A program made the translations under genes and the position numbers. Source: a virus. From it: a DNA stretch of 64,000 nt. The stretch is from positions 15,324 through 79,323 of the IMG/VR virus record IMGVR_UViG_3300025881_000006. One strand, 5' to 3'. The notes beneath the pieces are model-generated. The model saw only the letters and a list, made by a program, of their open reading frames with translations, searched no databases and was not told the DNA's origin. Positions 59,863 through 64,000 of the stretch are shown piece after piece (position 1 is the first letter of the stretch; the number at the start of each line of letters is the position of its first letter).

Positions 59863-60017
59863 CCAGTGTGACTCACACTGCAAAGGGTATCTACGTTCTT
59901 TAGATAACGGTAAGGGAATAACAATACTAGCCTAATATGGTCGGTGTTGTTATTTCCCCCCTATGCCTTATTTTATGCTTTATTTTTTTATTCACATAAC
60001 CAACAGGGTGCAAATTC

Positions 60018-60566
60018 ATGACTACAATAGTGTGGGATGGAAAGTGTCTTGCAGCAGATAGCCAAATGACGGCTGGATTTAATACTATCTCGCAAGAACC
60101 ATTTCTAAAGATACACGCACTAGCAGGAAAGTTTATCAATCCAATTACAAAAGAGGAAGATACTTTACTTGCTATGGCCGGTGCTGGTGATGCAGCGTTA
60201 TTACTACCATTTAGAAATTGGTTAATGGAGGGTATGCCTGAAGGTGGACTGACGTTTAATGTAGAAGATGTAGCTGTAGTAGTTATATGTAAAAACTCGG
60301 TATGGAGCTTCTACGGTTCGATTCACCCTCTTCCAGTAATGAACCACACTACTATAGGCTCAGGTTCTACCTTTGCACAATCAGCGTTATCGTTAGGTCG
60401 TAATGCCCCCGAAGCAGTTGAACATGCTATTCGTCACGATATCTATTCAGGTGGTCGAATTGTCTGTATGAACTTTGACCATGAAGGTCCGTATAATTTA
60501 GAAGTATACGACCCTACACTTGGATTAGAACATAGAAGTCAAGCAGCTTCTTTAAATTGGGTATAA
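60018..60566 (+). CDS. HslV/proteasome-beta-like Ntn-hydrolase protease
   Basis: N-terminal MTTIV...LAADSQ, AGAG, IGSGS.FA..AL and DIYSGG. Confidence 0.75.
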   Translation: MTTIVWDGKCLAADSQMTAGFNTISQEPFLKIHALAGKFINPITKEEDTLLAMAGAGDAALLLPFRNWLMEGMPEGGLTFNVEDVAVVVICKNSVWSFYGSIHPLPVMNHTTIGSGSTFAQSALSLGRNAPEAVEHAIRHDIYSGGRIVCMNFDHEGPYNLEVYDPTLGLEHRSQAASLNWV

Positions 60567-60588
60567 TTATAACTAACGTGAGGCAAAT

Positions 60589-61164
60589 ATGGCAACTGGC
60601 ATTTCAGACGTTCGAGTAAACTTTACATCAAGATCAATAGATATATTTTCTGGTATCGGTAGAGGGATAAAACATCTAGTGCATTTAAAAGCCTTTGAGA
60701 GGCAGATAGATAGTGCGTTGATGTGTATAGTCTTTCTTAAAGATACTATTAAACCCATGCATCTATCTGTCTTTCCTCATACTACGTTCGATACTACAAC
60801 GGTTGGGGAGCACCTCGCACAAGTAATAGAATCAGTTAATGGATTAGATAACTCAGATGTTAGATTACTGCGGGTTATACGAGAACCTTTCACGTTACAG
60901 ACTGACGGTAAGTTTGCAATTATATGTTCTGGTAATGAAATATTAGTAAGTTTTACCGAAGATAAAGTAGGTCCTTGTAAAGACTATGTATTCGAAGGTA
61001 AACGGTATAGTATTTTATCTACAGTTATTGACAGTATGAATCCACGTTACTACATGAAAGAAGCGATGGTTGATACGATGGTTGAGTTAATTGAAAAAGA
61101 AGTAGAAGTCTCTGTGGGTAATCTGCCAATTACTACGACTCATGATGTTACTTTAAGTCATTGA
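60589..61164 (+). CDS. Hypothetical protein
   Basis: 191 aa with GAGG SD. Confidence 0.7.
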   Translation: MATGISDVRVNFTSRSIDIFSGIGRGIKHLVHLKAFERQIDSALMCIVFLKDTIKPMHLSVFPHTTFDTTTVGEHLAQVIESVNGLDNSDVRLLRVIREPFTLQTDGKFAIICSGNEILVSFTEDKVGPCKDYVFEGKRYSILSTVIDSMNPRYYMKEAMVDTMVELIEKEVEVSVGNLPITTTHDVTLSH

Positions 61165-61207
61165 CGCATAATTAGAGAGTAGGGGAAACCCTACTCTCCT
61201 ATGCCGT
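61164..61207. terminator. Bidirectional hairpin flanked by ACGCATA and TATGCCGT
   Basis: gagagtaggg-gaaa-ccctactctc between convergent genes. Confidence 0.8.
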
Positions 61208-61995
61208 TAACTGCCTGCATTCGTTGTGAGTCTTATCATTCTACTGTAAGATTCGTTGTCGTCCATAAACGCTATTTTTTTCCATCTGGTGGTTAGATAT
61301 TCCTGATAGAGTTCTTCAGCGTCAGCATACCCATCGACGATGTCCCGTACACGACCTAAGCTTTGCCCGCCATGTAATTGTGCTACATCCATATCCACGA
61401 TGGTGTTATTGAAAATGTAACTCTTCACCGCCAACTCCACTAACTTACAAAAAGCTGGAATGGTTTTAGGATTTAGATTCTGCATCTCATCGTCATTACT
61501 AATCAAACATCTTAATATAGTCTGATTGTTTAAACGTGTAGTTCCTTCTACCATGATAGTGTTCTCACCTATCAGCGATATGTCAGCCGTTGAATTAACA
61601 TTAGGACCATTAGCACCGTCCAATACGTTCAACGCTTCACGGATAACACTGGAGTGATTCTGAGTAACGTTAGTACCTACAATACCAGAGAACCCTACTG
61701 ATAATACACTGGTAATGCTTCGCCCACTAGTCTTAGTTTTAGGTATGACATATACCTGTCTATAACCGTCGTCAAACTTAGGAGATAGATTACTCATACT
61801 TACTTCTACTTGTATACCACCAACTAAATTACAGTCTACTAAAACCCGTTCATTTAGCACTACTTGGCGTATAACTGACTCCACTGAAACTGGGTAATTA
61901 ATTACAGCATAGCCTTTATTTATGAAGGCAAGACGCAGTATTTGTTTAGGTATTTTAAAGGTGATGTCTTGTATTGCCTTTTGAATCGCGTTCAT
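61207..61995 (-). CDS. Conserved phiKZ-like virion protein (possibly gp42-like)
   Basis: Likely start is ATG 61995 after AGGAGG. Motifs IP..IL..AF, RVLVDCNL.GG and LAVKSYIFN. Confidence 0.65.
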   Translation of the reverse strand: MNAIQKAIQDITFKIPKQILRLAFINKGYAVINYPVSVESVIRQVVLNERVLVDCNLVGGIQVEVSMSNLSPKFDDGYRQVYVIPKTKTSGRSITSVLSVGFSGIVGTNVTQNHSSVIREALNVLDGANGPNVNSTADISLIGENTIMVEGTTRLNNQTILRCLISNDDEMQNLNPKTIPAFCKLVELAVKSYIFNNTIVDMDVAQLHGGQSLGRVRDIVDGYADAEELYQEYLTTRWKKIAFMDDNESYSRMIRLTTNAGS

Positions 61996-62073
61996 GCGGC
62001 CTCCTAATAAATTTGTATACGAAAATAAAGAACTCATAATTTAACGATTATCATTATCAAAGGGGTAAGTATC

Positions 62074-63045
62074 ATGGGTCAAAAGAACCTACGTATCTAT
62101 GGATGTGGCGGGGCAGGTATAAACCTAACCACTACATTTGCATTGGAGACTAGTGAGTCGCCTGTATATGCAGTTGTTAATCCGGTGTTTGTAGATACCA
62201 GTCTTTCTAATCTTGATTCTAACATTAGTAAGGACCAGTGTTTCATACTGCCTGATGTAGATGGTTCTGGTAAAGTTAGACGTGAGAATCACAGAGCGAT
62301 ATCCGAATCTGTGAAAGGCTTACTATCTACTCATGAGCCGTTGGATTTCAACATTGTTGTATTTAGTGGTTCTGGTGGTTCTGGTTCTGTAATAGGTCCA
62401 CTTATTGCAAGAGAACTTTTAGATAAAGAAGTGCCGTTCATCTGTATAGTAGTAGGTTCAACTGAATCTGTCATTACCTGTGAAAACACACTGAACACTT
62501 TAAAGTCATTAGATGCCATTTCTAAACGTGCTGAGTTACCTATCACCATTTTCTACCGTGGTAATGATGGTGATACTAAACGTTCAACAGTTGATAAGTC
62601 TATTAAAGATACTATCGTACGTTTGATGGCATTAACTTCTGGTAATAATGCTGAACTTGATAGCCGTGATATTTCTACATGGTTATACTACAATAGACAC
62701 TCTGATGTATCCCCACAGATATCTGAACTTAGCATTATCGATAACAGTACTATAGTTGAAGGTGTTAACGATCCAATTTCTATTGCATCATTACTTAACG
62801 ACCCTGATACCCCACTGCCACAAGCAGGTGCTGACTATCATTGTACTGGCTACATCAAAGGTGGAAAGAAAGAAACTCTACCTGACATGCATTTCATCAT
62901 TTCTACTAGTGGTATTAAACACGCATACGAAAGTCTTACTGAGACACGTGAGCGTTATTTAAAGGCTGCTAAGAAGCGTAACACAGGTCGTAACGACTTG
63001 GTTAGTGCAGACGATGAAGTGGGTGACGACGACTTAGTATTATAA
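62074..63045 (+). CDS. phuZ: Phage tubulin PhuZ (spindle protein of nucleus-forming jumbo phages)
   Basis: YGCGGAGIN, DTS.SN, GSGKVR, tubulin signature SGSGGSGS, ELD..D and an acidic C-tail ending DDDLVL. Confidence 0.93.
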   Translation: MGQKNLRIYGCGGAGINLTTTFALETSESPVYAVVNPVFVDTSLSNLDSNISKDQCFILPDVDGSGKVRRENHRAISESVKGLLSTHEPLDFNIVVFSGSGGSGSVIGPLIARELLDKEVPFICIVVGSTESVITCENTLNTLKSLDAISKRAELPITIFYRGNDGDTKRSTVDKSIKDTIVRLMALTSGNNAELDSRDISTWLYYNRHSDVSPQISELSIIDNSTIVEGVNDPISIASLLNDPDTPLPQAGADYHCTGYIKGGKKETLPDMHFIISTSGIKHAYESLTETRERYLKAAKKRNTGRNDLVSADDEVGDDDLVL

Positions 63046-63060
63046 GTCATATGCGTCTAC

Positions 63061-63096
63061 GCCGTATCCCGTATGGGGTACGGCTACCTATGACGT
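63061..63096 (+). terminator. Hairpin + TATGACGT (motif variant)
   Basis: gccgtatccc-gtat-ggggtacggc, then taccTATGACGT. Confidence 0.6.
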
Positions 63097-63114
63097 GTTT
63101 TTAAATGCACCACT

Positions 63115-63131
63115 TTATACACCTACATTAT
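63115..63131 (+). promoter_or_regulatory. Putative early promoter
   Basis: ttatacacctacattat. Confidence 0.62.
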
Positions 63132-63164
63132 CTTGGTAATACAATAAACTAATAGAGGTTATCA

Positions 63165-63515
63165 ATGGATGAGCGTAAGAAGCATTATCTTTTCGATGTG
63201 AGTTTGGCAATGGAGGTAGCACGGCCAATAGTAAAGGATTTACAATGCCATATATCGCCGCATGATAAGATGGATGTGTACAATGTAATCAACGTATGGT
63301 TCATGCAACGTCTTTCAGATATGCAACTCATTATCTTTAAAGAACATATTAAAACTAGAATACCTCTCTCCGCAGCAGTATTTCTAGATGCCCTACCACC
63401 ACAGATACAGGCAGCTGTGGATTCGGCATTATATCAAAGTGTTAAACACATGTGGGGACCCGAGGTTCAGGTAGAGACTAAATTGAATTTCGATACCCTT
63501 CTAATAACAGTGTGA
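63165..63515 (+). CDS. Hypothetical protein
   Basis: 116 aa with GAGG SD. Confidence 0.7.
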   Translation: MDERKKHYLFDVSLAMEVARPIVKDLQCHISPHDKMDVYNVINVWFMQRLSDMQLIIFKEHIKTRIPLSAAVFLDALPPQIQAAVDSALYQSVKHMWGPEVQVETKLNFDTLLITV

Positions 63516-63522
63516 GGTCGAT

Positions 63523-64000
63523 GTGATAAAAAGAATAATATTACCCTTAAAAGAATTTGCTGAACTACTATCGCTACAGACACAACAGTTTCTATACATG
63601 TATACAAACTCAAAGATACCATACACTGCCAACCCTACCGTATATAACGACATAGTAAAAGCAATGGTAGAGGATGTTTTAAACAGTAGAATTAAGTGGG
63701 CACCTAATACCGATTTACTATCGGGTGTCCTTGCTGATAAGTTCGACTGGTATATAGACTATCCGCAAATAGGCAGGGAGTACTTCTGTAGGTGTGTAGA
63801 TGGTATTGATGGTAGGATTGACGATATCATCAGTCAGTATGTACCTTACTCCACTAATGACGTATGGAGTGTAATCTATACTAAACGGGATTTAATCTTA
63901 GATAACCTAGGAGAGGATACCACCACCAAAGAACATCAATATCAGGATACAATAGAACGTTACGAAACTGTTATTAAATTAATGTTAGATGGTAATCACG
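63523..64000 (+). CDS. Hypothetical protein, 3' truncated by window edge
   Basis: GTG start after GAGG. Frame is open to the window end (MIKRIILPLKEFAELL...). Confidence 0.65.
   Translation, partial: MIKRIILPLKEFAELLSLQTQQFLYMYTNSKIPYTANPTVYNDIVKAMVEDVLNSRIKWAPNTDLLSGVLADKFDWYIDYPQIGREYFCRCVDGIDGRIDDIISQYVPYSTNDVWSVIYTKRDLILDNLGEDTTTKEHQYQDTIERYETVIKLMLDGNH

Noticed and set aside
8585-62038. TATG late-promoter-like 4-mers upstream of structural genes (+: 8585, 12000, 31579, 53473, 55709; -: 20799, 48144, 58679, 62035)
   Set aside because: Consistent with the phiKZ late promoter core, but a 4-mer is too short to call individually in AT-rich DNA without TSS data.
2242-62962. Other short ORFs in the track nested in or antisense to long genes (for example 2950..3258, 10564..10872, 32106..32864, 45504..45824, 59505..59924)
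   Set aside because: They overlap better-supported CDSs and show no motifs.
1-64000. CRISPR array, tRNA or rRNA genes
   Set aside because: No regularly spaced repeats with spacers and no cloverleaf or T-loop signatures were seen in intergenic gaps. The hairpin-TATGCCGT elements are dispersed, not arrayed.
1-64000. Stop-codon reassignment
   Set aside because: Coding density is high under the standard code, and TAA, TAG and TGA all end genes normally.

Overview
This window is a segment of a phiKZ-like (Chimalliviridae-type, probably nucleus-forming) jumbo myophage genome that uses the standard genetic code and is AT-rich. The host is probably Gram-negative, since there is a spanin-like gene pair. 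Core genes follow the phiKZ/SPN3US pattern: SbcC-like ATPase (partial), RNase H, UvsX/RecA, four subunits of the split virion RNA polymerase (beta-N, beta-C, beta'-N with DFDGD, probable beta'-C), tape measure, tail-tip protein, prohead protease, tail tube and sheath, baseplate-type proteins, large terminase and the tubulin PhuZ. Three accessory islands (about 22.6-31.6 kb, 38.9-45.0 kb and 58.7-61.2 kb) carry a 17-nt repeated early-promoter motif. They hold expanded paralogous domain families, a 28-residue ankyrin-like repeat protein, a DUF4262-like protein, a GIY-YIG endonuclease and an HslV-like Ntn protease. The most striking non-coding signal is a recurring gene-end element: a hairpin followed by TATGCCGT, usually in place of a U-tract. 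It occurs 10 times exactly, plus variants, and may be a sequence-specific terminator or processing signal for the phage RNA polymerases. No tRNA, rRNA, CRISPR array or intein was recognised. Ortholog numbers (phiKZ gpN) come from recalled synteny and motifs, not from a database search.
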